From an uncultured Desulfatibacillum sp. (GTDB lineage: Bacteria > Desulfobacterota > Desulfobacteria > Desulfobacterales > SpSt-501), in contig CAZQUP010000008.1 of the NCBI GenBank assembly GCA_964596545.1, forward strand, positions 9,331 through 63,168: 53,838 nt of DNA, given 5' to 3'. The position numbers and the translations under genes are program-made. Below, one piece after another: positions 9,741 through 18,952 of this stretch. Numbering within the stretch: position 1 is the first letter of the stretch; the number at the start of each line of letters is the position of its first letter. The notes under the pieces were generated by a model. It was given only the letters and a program-made list of their open reading frames with translations. It was not told where the DNA came from and did not search any database.

Positions 9741-10412
9741 TCAGACGGCGGGCTGCCGCCGAAAGACAAGCGGCTTCCGCAGCAGATAGGCGATCGGCAC
9801 ACTCCAGATGTGCACCAGACGGCAGAACGGGGAATAGGCAAGCAGGGTGAAGGCGGCGAGCACGTGCAGCCGGTAGCGCAGCGGGATCTCCGCCATGAGG
9901 GAAGGATCGGGTTGGAAAACAAGAAGGCTCCGGATCCAAGGGGCGATCGTGTGCAGCACGTCGAAGCCGCCGACAAAGACGCTGTAGGTGCCGATCCCCG
10001 TGACCAGGGCCAGCCCGAGCAGGGTCACGAAATCGCTCGGGCGGCTCATGCGCCGAACCCGCGGGATGAACGTCCGGCGAGCCAGCAAAAACAATGTGCC
10101 GAGGAAAGCGGCGCTTCCGACCACGCGGCCGACGGCATGGGCGATCGCCGTGTGGGCGGCGCTGTCAATCCCTACGGCATCGTAGAGGCTCTGAGGGACG
10201 AGCAGGCCTACGGCGTGACCGGCGAGGGTTCCGAGCATCCCGAAATGGAAAAGAATCGTCCCGGGAAAGAGCCAGCGCTTCTCGAGCAGCTCGCTCGAAT
10301 GCGCGTTCCAGCCGTAGCGGTCGGTGACATAGCGGAAAGCGTGACCGAGGACGAACACGGCGAGGCAGAGGTAAGGATAGGCGACGAAGAGCGCCGTTTC
10401 GGTCGCATTCAT
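9741..10412 (-). CDS. narI: Respiratory nitrate reductase gamma subunit (cytochrome b)
   Basis: SSELLE; four heme-b histidines with spacing H-x9-H (FHFGMLGTLAGH) and H-x17-H (LHV...RLVHIW). Confidence 0.95.
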   Translation of the reverse strand: MNATETALFVAYPYLCLAVFVLGHAFRYVTDRYGWNAHSSELLEKRWLFPGTILFHFGMLGTLAGHAVGLLVPQSLYDAVGIDSAAHTAIAHAVGRVVGSAAFLGTLFLLARRTFIPRVRRMSRPSDFVTLLGLALVTGIGTYSVFVGGFDVLHTIAPWIRSLLVFQPDPSLMAEIPLRYRLHVLAAFTLLAYSPFCRLVHIWSVPIAYLLRKPLVFRRQPAV

Positions 10413-10963
10413 GGCGTTTTCCTTTCCCGGCTTGCCTTCCCCCCGGCCGGCGCAGGAGATGTCGGGAACACCTCGTGCAGAATCTCCAGGGGCACGGCAT
10501 AGGGAGAGCCCCGCTTGCGCAAGGCGGCCTGCAAGTCGGCGACGGCGCCGCCGAGAGCGACGATCTCGCGGCTTGACGCAGCCTCCGGGACGAGCGACAG
10601 AAACTCGAGCAGCAGCGGCAAAAAATCGGGGAGCTCACCGCACGCCGGCTCCCAACCGCAGCTGCGGTAAAGGGCGAGCAGAGCGCAGAGGGCCAGACCG
10701 CGTTCCTCTCCACGCCGACTCCCGTGGGCGGTCAGATTCAGACAACAGGAGGGGGAAAGATCAAAGGTTGCGGTGTACCGCTCCTGCCGCACGAGAAGCG
10801 GCTCCTCGGCCAGTCCCCGCACGAATTCGGACAGGCGTCGGCGTACCGACTCCTCGCCGATCGCCGCAACAGCCTCCCCCAGCGCGGCCTGCGTTTCCGG
10901 CTCGGGGTAGCTCAAGCAGGCGGAGAGGACTCGGAAAATCCACCCTGGCGCATTCGGGTTCAT
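10409..10963 (-). CDS. narJ: Nitrate reductase molybdenum cofactor assembly chaperone
   Basis: LSYP, QERYTATFDL, ERGLAL, ELPDFLPLLLEF. ATG at 10963 overlaps the narH stop; the upstream extension in the ORF track is spurious. Confidence 0.92.
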   Translation of the reverse strand: MNPNAPGWIFRVLSACLSYPEPETQAALGEAVAAIGEESVRRRLSEFVRGLAEEPLLVRQERYTATFDLSPSCCLNLTAHGSRRGEERGLALCALLALYRSCGWEPACGELPDFLPLLLEFLSLVPEAASSREIVALGGAVADLQAALRKRGSPYAVPLEILHEVFPTSPAPAGGKASRERKTP

Positions 10964-12372
10964 GGGAACCCCGCACTTCCCTGTGCCCGAGCCGCCCGGC
11001 GCTCCGGGCCGGGCGGACGCGGGGGAATCACGAAACGCTCCTCCAGAGGAGCGAGAGCCAGCAGGCGGTAGATCGCCCGCAGCCTCTGCGGATCCAGCCC
11101 GGCGCGGGCAAGGCGTCCGCCGTCCAAGGTCTCCCCCAACCGTTCCGCGCGCATGAACGCCCGCAGCAGGATCATCCGTTCCAGGACCTCGCGCACCGGC
11201 TCCTCGTCGCCCGCCGCCAGGAGATTGGCGAGATAGCGCAAAGGAATCCTCATCCCTTCCGGATCCTCCGCGGCCCCCCCGTCGTCGAGGCTTCGTCCGG
11301 GGCTGAGGGGCGGGATGTACCACAACATCGGCAGGGTGCGATATTCGGGATGTAGGGGCAGGGCCAGCCGCCATTTCCGGATCAGCCGATCCACGGGCGA
11401 ACGGCGCGCGGCTTCCAACCACGGCGCGGGCAGGCCCTGGCGGACCGCTTGGGCGGCGACCCGGGGATCCTCCGGATCAAGCAAGAGGTCGCGTTGTGCA
11501 CCGAGAAGACTCCGCGGGTCTTCGACTGCGGCGGCCTCGCGGATGCGCTCGGCGTCATAGAGCAGCACACCCACGTAGCGGATTCTCCCCACGCAACTGT
11601 GCGCACAGAGGGGAGGCTGCCCGGTTTCGACCCGGGGATAACAGAAAAGGCATTTCTCGGCCCGCCCCGCATCCCAGTTGAAGTACGTCTTCTTGTAAGG
11701 GCACCCCGAGACACAGAACCGCCATCCGCGGCAGCGCTCCGCATCCACGAGGACGATGCCGTCTTCCTCCCGCTTGTAGAGGGCGCCGGAGGGGCAGGAG
11801 GCGACACAGGCCGGGTTAAGGCAGTGCTCACAGAGCCGGGGCAGATAAAAAAGAAAGACCTTGCGGAAGTGAAGGAAGGCCGCCGCATCGAGTCCTGCGA
11901 AATTCACGTCCTCCTTGCCCGTCTCGTGTACGCCGGCAAGATCGTCCTCCCAGTTCGGTCCCCAGCGGATGTCCATGGCCGCCCCGTCGAGCAGCGAGCG
12001 GGGACGCAGGGCGGGCTGATGCCGGCCCGCTGGGGAGCAGATCAGGGTTTCGTAATCGTAGCTCCAGGGTTCGTAATAGTCGTCGATCCCGGGAAGATGG
12101 GGATTGTGGAAGATGCCAACCAGCCGCGCGAGCTTGGCCCCGGACCGCAGCCCGAGTCCCCATTCCCGCCGGACCCACCCTCCCCGGCCGATTTCCTGGT
12201 TTTCCCAACGCTTGGGGTAGCCGATGCCGGGCTTGGTCTCCACGTTGTTGAACCACATGTATTCCGAGCCCCGGCGCTGGGTCCAGACGTTCTTGCACGG
12301 CAGGCTGCAGGTATGGCATCCTAAGCATTTATCGAGATTCAGCACCATCGCCAACTGCGCCCTAATCCTCAT
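10960..12372 (-). CDS. narH: Respiratory nitrate reductase beta subunit
   Basis: MVLNLDKCLGCHTCS..CKNVW, CEHCLNPACVASCPSG, CRGWRFCVSGCPY, CLFCYPR. Confidence 0.97.
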   Translation of the reverse strand: MRIRAQLAMVLNLDKCLGCHTCSLPCKNVWTQRRGSEYMWFNNVETKPGIGYPKRWENQEIGRGGWVRREWGLGLRSGAKLARLVGIFHNPHLPGIDDYYEPWSYDYETLICSPAGRHQPALRPRSLLDGAAMDIRWGPNWEDDLAGVHETGKEDVNFAGLDAAAFLHFRKVFLFYLPRLCEHCLNPACVASCPSGALYKREEDGIVLVDAERCRGWRFCVSGCPYKKTYFNWDAGRAEKCLFCYPRVETGQPPLCAHSCVGRIRYVGVLLYDAERIREAAAVEDPRSLLGAQRDLLLDPEDPRVAAQAVRQGLPAPWLEAARRSPVDRLIRKWRLALPLHPEYRTLPMLWYIPPLSPGRSLDDGGAAEDPEGMRIPLRYLANLLAAGDEEPVREVLERMILLRAFMRAERLGETLDGGRLARAGLDPQRLRAIYRLLALAPLEERFVIPPRPPGPERRAARAQGSAGFP

Positions 12373-15300
12373 CCCAGCTCACCTCCTCCGCCTTGCGCAC
12401 GAGGATCCACTCGTCGCGCTGCGAACCGACCGGCCCGTAATAGTTGAACCCGTAGCTCATCTGGGCGTAACCCCCGATCATGTGGGTCGGCTTGACGACA
12501 ATGCGGGTGACGCTGTTGTGGGTGCCGCCGCGACGGCCGGAAAGGGGCGCAAGCGGGGTATGGATGAGACGTTCCTGCGCATGGTACATGAACGCCTTGC
12601 CCCGGGGAATGCGGGGGCTGACGACCGCCCGCGCCATCACCACCCCGTTCACGTTGAAGCACTCGAGCCAGTCCGCATCGCGCACCCCCAAGGCGGATGC
12701 GTCCTCGTCGTTGATCCAGATCGCCTCCCCGCCGCGGAACAGGGTCAGCATGGGAAGGGTGTCCGCATAGGTGCTGTGAATGGACCACTTGGAGTGCGGC
12801 GTCAGGTAATTGAGCAGGAGCTCCCGGCGCTCCCGGCGATCCAGCCGGATCGAGCCCAACGCCGCCGCATCCAGGGCGGGTCGGTAGAGGGGCAGTCCCT
12901 CGCCGAAGGCCAGGATCCAGGGGTGGTCCAGATAGCAGTGAGCGCGACCCGTCAACGTCCGAAAAGGTACCCCGTGTTCGATTTGGATCACAAACGGCGC
13001 GTAGCGTCGCCCCTCGCTTTCAATGCCGCTCCATACGGGGCTGGTGATGATCTTGCGCGGTTGGGCGACGAGATCCTCGAAGCGGAAACTCTCGCCGCGG
13101 CGGGCGGCGCTCAGGTGGGCGAGAGAGAGGCCGGTGCGTTTTTCGAGCGGCGCCCAGGACTTCACGGCGACCGCGCCGTGGGTCTCCGGAGAAAGGGCAA
13201 GGATCGCCTCCGCCACCTGCCGGCCCTCCGCCAGCGACGGCAAACCCCGGGCGATGCCGTCCTCGCCGACGGTGCCCAAGCGCTCCTTGAGAAGCTCGAT
13301 CTCTTCGCGCACCGGCCAGGCGAGCCCTTTCGCTCCGACTCCGGCCTCGGCCGCAAGCGGACCCAGAGCGGTCATCATCCGGAACGTATCGGCCCAGCGG
13401 CGTTCGACCAGGGCGAGCTGCGGCAGGGTTTTGCCGGGAAGCGGTTCGCACTCGCCCCGCCGCCAGTCGCGGACTTCGGGCTGGGCGATCTCGCCGGGGG
13501 TATCGTGAAAGAGCGGGGTCGCCACCAGGTCGCGGCCGGCTTTCAGGTGTACGTCGGCGAGCCGGGAGAAGGCCGCGGCGATGGTCTTGAACTGATCCCA
13601 GTTCGTGCGCGCCTCCCAGGGGGGATCGATCGCCGGCGTGAACGGATGAACGAAGGGATGCATGTCGGTCGTGTTGATGTCATGCATCTCATACCAGCCA
13701 GCCGCCGGGAGGGCGATGTCCGCGTAAAGGGCGCTCGTGGACATGCGGATCTCCAGGGTCACCAGCAGGTCCAGCTTGCCCTCCGGAGCGGGCTCCCGCC
13801 AGAGCACCTCTGTCGGCCGCAGGGGGCTTTCGCGGTTCATCACGGCGTTTTCGGCACCCAACAAATGCTTAAGAAAGTATTCGTGCCCCTTGGAGCTCGC
13901 CCCAAGCAGATTCGCGCGCCAAAGGAAAAGGACACGCGGGAAATTCGCCGGATCATCCGGGTCCTCCACGGCGAAGCGGATTTCCCCCGTGCGCAGCCGC
14001 TCAACGACCCGGGCGATGATCTCCTCATCGCTGCGCGCCCCCTGCGCTTCGGCCTCGCGCACAAGGTCGAGGGGATTGCGGTTGAACTGCGGGTAGAACG
14101 GCAGCCAGCCGAGGCGGACGGCGGTCACGTTGTAGTCGGCCGGATGGCGCGGCAACCCGGAAGGAGCCACCGGGGAGAGCAGGGCATGCGCGTCGAGGGT
14201 GTCGTAGCGGAACTGATCGGTGGCGAAGTACCAGAGGGAGGTTCCGTTCTGCAACCGCGGCGGCCGCCGCCAGTCGAGGGCGAAGGCCAGCTGGGACCAC
14301 CCGGCCTGGGTCCTCACCTTTTCCTGCCCGACATAATGCGCCCAGCCGCCGCCGTTTACACCCTGGCAGCCGCACAAGGTGGTGAGCAGGAGGATGCTGC
14401 GGTAGATCGTGTCGCTGTGAAACCAGTGGTTGGTGCCCGCGCCGAGAAAGATCATCGATTTCCCGCCCGTCCTCGCCGCGTTCTCGGCGAATTCGCGCGC
14501 CACCCGCGCCACCTGCGCGGCCGGAACCCCGGTGATCGCCTCCTGCCACTCGGGCGTGTAGGGCCGTTCGGCGCCCTCCGCCGGATTCCCCGCCACAACC
14601 TTTCCCGTACGCCCGTCGCGGGCGAGTCCCAGATGGGAAGCGAGCAGATCGAAGACGGTGGTGACCGTCAGCTTCCCGGCGGGACCGTGCGCGAATCGAA
14701 CCGGGGTCCTTCCGCGCTGCAGGACGGCTTTTTGCGGAACGCCGAAGAAAGGCGAGAGCACCTCCACCCAGCCTTCGGCCCCTCGGGCGAAGCTGAGCTG
14801 CGGGTCGAGGGGCTCCCCACGGAGGGCATCTTCCGGCTTGAGGTTCCAGCGGCCTTCTTCGGTCCAGCGAAAGCCCAGGCTCCCGTTGGGCACGGCCCAG
14901 CGGTCGGCGGTTGCGTCCCGGACGACCGTTTTCCAGCGCGCCTGGGGAATGTCGATCCCCAGATCGGAGGCCCGCAGGAAACGAGCCGGCACAAAGGCAT
15001 CGCCCCGGGGCTCGAGCAGCACGGCAAAGGGAAGATCGGTGAAGCGTTTGGCATAGGCGATAAATTCGGGGGTTTCCTTTTCGAGGTAGAACTCGCGGAG
15101 AATCACATGCGCCATCGCCAACGCCAGGGCGGCATCCGTCCCGGCCCGTGCGGGAAGCCAGGTGTCGGCGAATTTCACGTACTCGGCGTAATCGGGAGCC
15201 ACGGCGACCACCCGCGCCCCCCGGTAGCGTGCTTCGGTGAAAAAATGAGCATCCGGGGTGCGCGTCATGGGCAGGTTGGTCCCCCAGACGATCATGTAGG

Positions 15301-16063
15301 TCGACTCGTACCAGTCTGCGCTCTCGGGGACGTCGGTCTGTTCGCCCCAGACCTGCGGCGAGGCGGGCGGCAGATCGCAATACCAGTCGTAAAAACTGCA
15401 GAGCACGCCGCCGATCAAGGAAAGGAACCGGGCCCCCGAGGCGTAGCACACCATCGACATCGCCGGAATGGGGGTGAATCCGTAAATGCGGTCCGGGCCG
15501 TGTTTTTGAATCGTGTGCACGAGGGCCGCGGCGATCAGATCGGAAGCCTCCTCCCAGGAGACCCGGACAAAGCCGCCCTTGCCGCGCTCCTGCTGGTAAG
15601 CCCGGCGCTGGGCCGGATCCGAGACGATGCTTTTCCAGGCGGCGACGGGATCCCCCTCCCGGTCAAGCGCCTCGCGCCAGCGCTCGAGGAGAGCGGAGCG
15701 AATCAGGGGATGCTTGAGACGCACGGGGCTGTAGGTGTACCAGGAGCAGCTTGCGCCCCGCGGGCAACCCCGCGGCTCATGATCCGGAAAACCCTCCCCG
15801 CAGCGGGGGTAGTCCGTCCGCTGGACCTCCCAGGCGATGATGCCGTCCTTGACGAAGACATCCCAGGAACAGGAGCCGGTGCAGTTCACCCCGTGAGTGG
15901 AGCGCACCTTCTTGTCATACTGCCAGCGGCGGCGGTAAAGGTCTTCCCATTCCCGCTGCCCGCAGCGCGACTCGGCATGGCCTTGGGAAAAGGTCTCCCG
16001 GCGGCAGGTTCGGCTGAAGGGCCGGAGGAAGCGGAGGCGGGAGAGAAAGCCCGTTTCGTTCAT
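12362..16063 (-). CDS. narG: Respiratory nitrate reductase alpha subunit
   Basis: RSTHGVNCTGSC, EPRGCPRG, SFYDWYCDLPPASPQ.WGEQTDVPESADWY, HYVGQEK. Start trimmed to MNETGF (GGGAGG RBS). Confidence 0.97.
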   Translation of the reverse strand: MNETGFLSRLRFLRPFSRTCRRETFSQGHAESRCGQREWEDLYRRRWQYDKKVRSTHGVNCTGSCSWDVFVKDGIIAWEVQRTDYPRCGEGFPDHEPRGCPRGASCSWYTYSPVRLKHPLIRSALLERWREALDREGDPVAAWKSIVSDPAQRRAYQQERGKGGFVRVSWEEASDLIAAALVHTIQKHGPDRIYGFTPIPAMSMVCYASGARFLSLIGGVLCSFYDWYCDLPPASPQVWGEQTDVPESADWYESTYMIVWGTNLPMTRTPDAHFFTEARYRGARVVAVAPDYAEYVKFADTWLPARAGTDAALALAMAHVILREFYLEKETPEFIAYAKRFTDLPFAVLLEPRGDAFVPARFLRASDLGIDIPQARWKTVVRDATADRWAVPNGSLGFRWTEEGRWNLKPEDALRGEPLDPQLSFARGAEGWVEVLSPFFGVPQKAVLQRGRTPVRFAHGPAGKLTVTTVFDLLASHLGLARDGRTGKVVAGNPAEGAERPYTPEWQEAITGVPAAQVARVAREFAENAARTGGKSMIFLGAGTNHWFHSDTIYRSILLLTTLCGCQGVNGGGWAHYVGQEKVRTQAGWSQLAFALDWRRPPRLQNGTSLWYFATDQFRYDTLDAHALLSPVAPSGLPRHPADYNVTAVRLGWLPFYPQFNRNPLDLVREAEAQGARSDEEIIARVVERLRTGEIRFAVEDPDDPANFPRVLFLWRANLLGASSKGHEYFLKHLLGAENAVMNRESPLRPTEVLWREPAPEGKLDLLVTLEIRMSTSALYADIALPAAGWYEMHDINTTDMHPFVHPFTPAIDPPWEARTNWDQFKTIAAAFSRLADVHLKAGRDLVATPLFHDTPGEIAQPEVRDWRRGECEPLPGKTLPQLALVERRWADTFRMMTALGPLAAEAGVGAKGLAWPVREEIELLKERLGTVGEDGIARGLPSLAEGRQVAEAILALSPETHGAVAVKSWAPLEKRTGLSLAHLSAARRGESFRFEDLVAQPRKIITSPVWSGIESEGRRYAPFVIQIEHGVPFRTLTGRAHCYLDHPWILAFGEGLPLYRPALDAAALGSIRLDRRERRELLLNYLTPHSKWSIHSTYADTLPMLTLFRGGEAIWINDEDASALGVRDADWLECFNVNGVVMARAVVSPRIPRGKAFMYHAQERLIHTPLAPLSGRRGGTHNSVTRIVVKPTHMIGGYAQMSYGFNYYGPVGSQRDEWILVRKAEEVSWDED

Positions 16064-16196
16064 GGCATATGCCTCCCGGGGATCCAGGGAAACGGAAACG
16101 GAGGCCCGCCTTCGGCGGAAGCTCAAGTCTTGCGAAAAGGAGATGTCGGACGGCGAGCGATTTGAGGTTTTGTACTCCGCAGGAGATCGTCTCGCC

Positions 16197-16210
16197 TTGA
16201 CTTAGGTCAA
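16197..16210. promoter_or_regulatory. FNR/CRP-family-like palindrome upstream of narG
   Basis: TTGAC-TTAG-GTCAA, about 135 bp upstream of the narG start; matches the TTGA-N6-TCAA geometry of FNR boxes. Confidence 0.6.
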
Positions 16211-16286
16211 AAAAAGACGGCCCAGGCATCGGGAAGAGGGGATCCCCCCGGACGTTCGGTCGGCCGGCCCGGGGGGGCAAGAGGCG

Positions 16287-16523
16287 TCACTTGAGCTCAT
16301 CGAGACTCGCCCCGAAGTTGATGTGGAAGACCCCGCCCTCGAGGACGAGGGCGGGGACGGATTTCACCCCCCGCTTTTCCGCCTCGGCGATGCGCGTCGG
16401 ATCGCTGCCGAGATGTACGATCTCGACATCGAAACGGCTGCGGTCGAGAACGCCGATCAAGGCGCTCTCGGCGCTGCGGCAGACCGGGCAGCCCGCGTGA
16501 TAGAAGACGGCTTTCGACTTCAT
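16287..16523 (-). CDS. Small thioredoxin/glutaredoxin-like protein
   Basis: 78 aa; FYHAGCPVC and GVKSVPALV (cis-Pro loop); AGGAGG RBS. Confidence 0.85.
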   Translation of the reverse strand: MKSKAVFYHAGCPVCRSAESALIGVLDRSRFDVEIVHLGSDPTRIAEAEKRGVKSVPALVLEGGVFHINFGASLDELK

Positions 16524-16648
16524 CGCTTCAACCCTCCTGATGGGGATGGGATCGCCGTGACCCGCACGGCAGCCCAAACGTGCGGCCTTGCCCGGGCTTC
16601 GTAAAGAACGTACTTTTCGGTAACCCTCTTTTTGCTGGGGGATCGGCC

Positions 16649-17008
16649 ATGAGCGTGGAAAAGGGGAAAGCCCTGCGGTCTGCGGATATCTCCGTCGCCC
16701 GCAGAATCGAGGATGTCGTCGGTTGCAAGTGGTCCTTGGGCCTGCTGGAGCTTTCCGCCGCCGGGGTCACCCGGCCGGCCGAGATGCAGCGGGCTTGCCC
16801 GGGGCTTTCGGCCAAGGTGATGAACGAGCGACTGAAGAAGATGGTGCGCTTCGGGATCCTGGAACGCGTCGCCCGCGGGGAAAAGCCGCCGCTCGAGGTC
16901 CACTACCGGCTGACGACCTTCGGAGAACACTTTCGCAGGCTCTTGGGCGAAGTGCGCCGCCTTCAAGAGGAAGTCGACCGCGGCTCCTTCTCCAAGCCAT
17001 CCCCTTGA
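16649..17008 (+). CDS. HxlR-family winged-helix regulator
   Basis: VVGCKWSL, GLSAKVMNERLK, PLEVHYRLTTFG; divergent from the thioredoxin-like gene. Confidence 0.88.
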   Translation: MSVEKGKALRSADISVARRIEDVVGCKWSLGLLELSAAGVTRPAEMQRACPGLSAKVMNERLKKMVRFGILERVARGEKPPLEVHYRLTTFGEHFRRLLGEVRRLQEEVDRGSFSKPSP

Positions 17009-17048
17009 AGTCCTCCCCCACCGCCCGGTTGCCGAAAAAGGCGGAGCC

Positions 17049-17747
17049 TCAGAGAATCGTCGCCGCAAGCGCCTGCAGGAGCTGCCAGACAAGCGGCACG
17101 AAGACCGCAGGGAGCATGTTGCCGACCTTGAGCTTGCGCAGCTCGAGGAGGTTGATGCCGATCGCCACGATCAGCAGCCCCCCCACGGCGGACATCTGCG
17201 CGACCACCTCCGGCCGCAGGAAGGGCTGGATCGAAGCGGCGCTGACCGTGATCAGCCCCTGGTAGACGAAAACAGACACGGCCGAGAAGAGAACCCCCAT
17301 TCCCAGGGTCGAGGCGAAGAGGATCGAGCCCACCCCGTCGAGAATCGATTTGGCGTAGAGCGTCTGGTGGTTTCCGGCAAGGCCGCTTTCCAGCGACCCC
17401 ACGATCGCCATCGCCCCGACACAGTAAAGCAAACTCGTGAAGACGAAACCGCGGGCGATGCCCCCCTCATCGCCGCGGGAAACCTTCCTTCCCACCCAGC
17501 GGCCGAGCTTCTCCAGCCGATCCTCGATCCGCAGCCCCTCGCCGAGTGCGCTTCCCGCGGCCAGGCTCAAGATCACGAGCAAAAGAGCCTCGGAGGCGAG
17601 CGCCGATTTGATGCCGATCAGGAGCACCGCCAGGCCGATCGCGTGCATGACGGTCCGGGTGTAAGCCTCGGGGATGCCGCCGCGGAAGAAAAGCCCGATC
17701 AGGCTTCCGACGACGATGGCTAACGTGTTGACGACGGTTCCCAGCAA
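17049..17747 (-). CDS. DUF554 family membrane protein
   Basis: MLGTVVN, SLLYCVGAMAIVGSL, LYAKSILDG, VGNMLPA. Confidence 0.88.
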   Translation of the reverse strand: MLGTVVNTLAIVVGSLIGLFFRGGIPEAYTRTVMHAIGLAVLLIGIKSALASEALLLVILSLAAGSALGEGLRIEDRLEKLGRWVGRKVSRGDEGGIARGFVFTSLLYCVGAMAIVGSLESGLAGNHQTLYAKSILDGVGSILFASTLGMGVLFSAVSVFVYQGLITVSAASIQPFLRPEVVAQMSAVGGLLIVAIGINLLELRKLKVGNMLPAVFVPLVWQLLQALAATIL

Positions 17748-17855
17748 AGGCCTTCCTCCTTTCCGCTCCCGGGGCGGAGGCGGGAGCGCATGCTATACGG
17801 GAAAAGAGAGGGCGGTGCAAACGGCCGCAGGAACGCCGCGCCGGGCCGAACCTTT

Positions 17856-18905
17856 TCAGGAAGCGAACAGGGCCGCCCAATCGACGGCCGCCACCCCGGG
17901 AATTTCGACCCCTTGCCAGGCAAGAAAGGCCTCGATGCGCGATGCGGCCTCGGCGGGAAGGGCGCCCTCGAGAGTCTCCGCCAGCCGCTCGATCGCGTCC
18001 GGCGGGTAACAGAAAAAATCCCCCGAGAGCGAAACCTCGTGCAGCTTTCCCTCGAGCAGCGCGAAGTCGGCCCGGAGCAAGCCCCCCTTCGCCTTGTGCA
18101 CGCGGTGGAGAAGATGCAAACCGGAGCGGATGCGGATTTCGCGTCCACGCCCTCGGCCGCGCCGCTCGAGCAGCCAGACCTCGCTTACGAATACGGAGCG
18201 CAGCGCTTCCACCTTGGCGCGGAGCGCGGAATCGACCTCCCGGCGGACGAGCGGTCCCACGAGGCGGGCGAACTCCTCGGCCAGCAGGCCGCGCACGCGC
18301 TCCGGCGTCCAGGCGGCGGCCCGCTCCGCGCCCAGCTCACGGCCGACCGTGGAGAGGTTCTCCGCGAGGGTCTTGAAGACCTTGTCGCGGAACTTCTCGT
18401 CGGGAACGTTCAGCACCCGGGACATCGTCTCGTAGTCGAAGTCGAGGATCACGTTGCCCACAAAGACGAGACCCTCCCCGATTTCTCCGACCCCGGATCC
18501 GCTCACTTTGCGCGCCCCGGCGACAATGTCGTTCAGCGGCTTGTATTCGGCCGCGATCCCCATGCGGCGGTAGACGCGCACGACCGGCTCGAGGAAGCGG
18601 CGGTAGAAGGCGTCCCGCGACGGCGGGATGCGCGGGTCGTCCCGCCGCAGGACGAGCTGGAAGAAGACCTGCCCGCCGTCGAGATAGACCGCCCCCCCGC
18701 CCACCTCGCGACGATAGACCGGAATGCCCCGTTCGCGGCAGAAGGCGAGATCGACCTCGCGCGCGGCGTCCTGGTGGTAGCCGACGCAGACATAGGGGGT
18801 CGCGGGGGAGAGAAGAAAGAGCCCCTCACGCCCCAGATCGGCCAGGGCATGGTAGAGCAGCTGGGAATCCAGCGCGGGAACACGTCCGAGATCGTAGAGA
18901 TCCAT
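17856..18905 (-). CDS. Lipoate-protein ligase with fused accessory domain (LplAB/sLpl(AB)-like)
   Basis: VCVGYHQ, RREVGGGAVYLD, KVSGSG, GNVILDFDY..VPDEKFRDK; C-terminal KAKGGLLR..SGDFFCYP. Start trimmed to MDLYDLG (GGAGG RBS). Confidence 0.9.
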   Translation of the reverse strand: MDLYDLGRVPALDSQLLYHALADLGREGLFLLSPATPYVCVGYHQDAAREVDLAFCRERGIPVYRREVGGGAVYLDGGQVFFQLVLRRDDPRIPPSRDAFYRRFLEPVVRVYRRMGIAAEYKPLNDIVAGARKVSGSGVGEIGEGLVFVGNVILDFDYETMSRVLNVPDEKFRDKVFKTLAENLSTVGRELGAERAAAWTPERVRGLLAEEFARLVGPLVRREVDSALRAKVEALRSVFVSEVWLLERRGRGRGREIRIRSGLHLLHRVHKAKGGLLRADFALLEGKLHEVSLSGDFFCYPPDAIERLAETLEGALPAEAASRIEAFLAWQGVEIPGVAAVDWAALFAS

Positions 18906-18952
18906 CGACTCCTCCGACGAGGGAAACGCCTCCGTGAGAAGTTCCGCGCGGG

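Noticed and set aside
16064-16126. MSFRRRRAS upstream extension of NarG resembling a twin-arginine signal
   Set aside because: No hydrophobic region follows, the RBS sits before ATG 16063, and narI/narJ/narK indicate cytoplasm-facing Nar.
12224-16165. 1313-aa plus-strand ORF and many other long antisense or off-frame ORFs (e.g. 36082-38469, 39734-41947, 44619-46937, 50128-52128)
   Set aside because: They shadow well-supported genes, carry no recognisable motifs, and are expected where high GC makes stop codons rare.
16244-16276. CCCCCCGG...CCGGGGGG inverted repeat
   Set aside because: Low complexity; at most an ordinary terminator stem for the thioredoxin-like gene.
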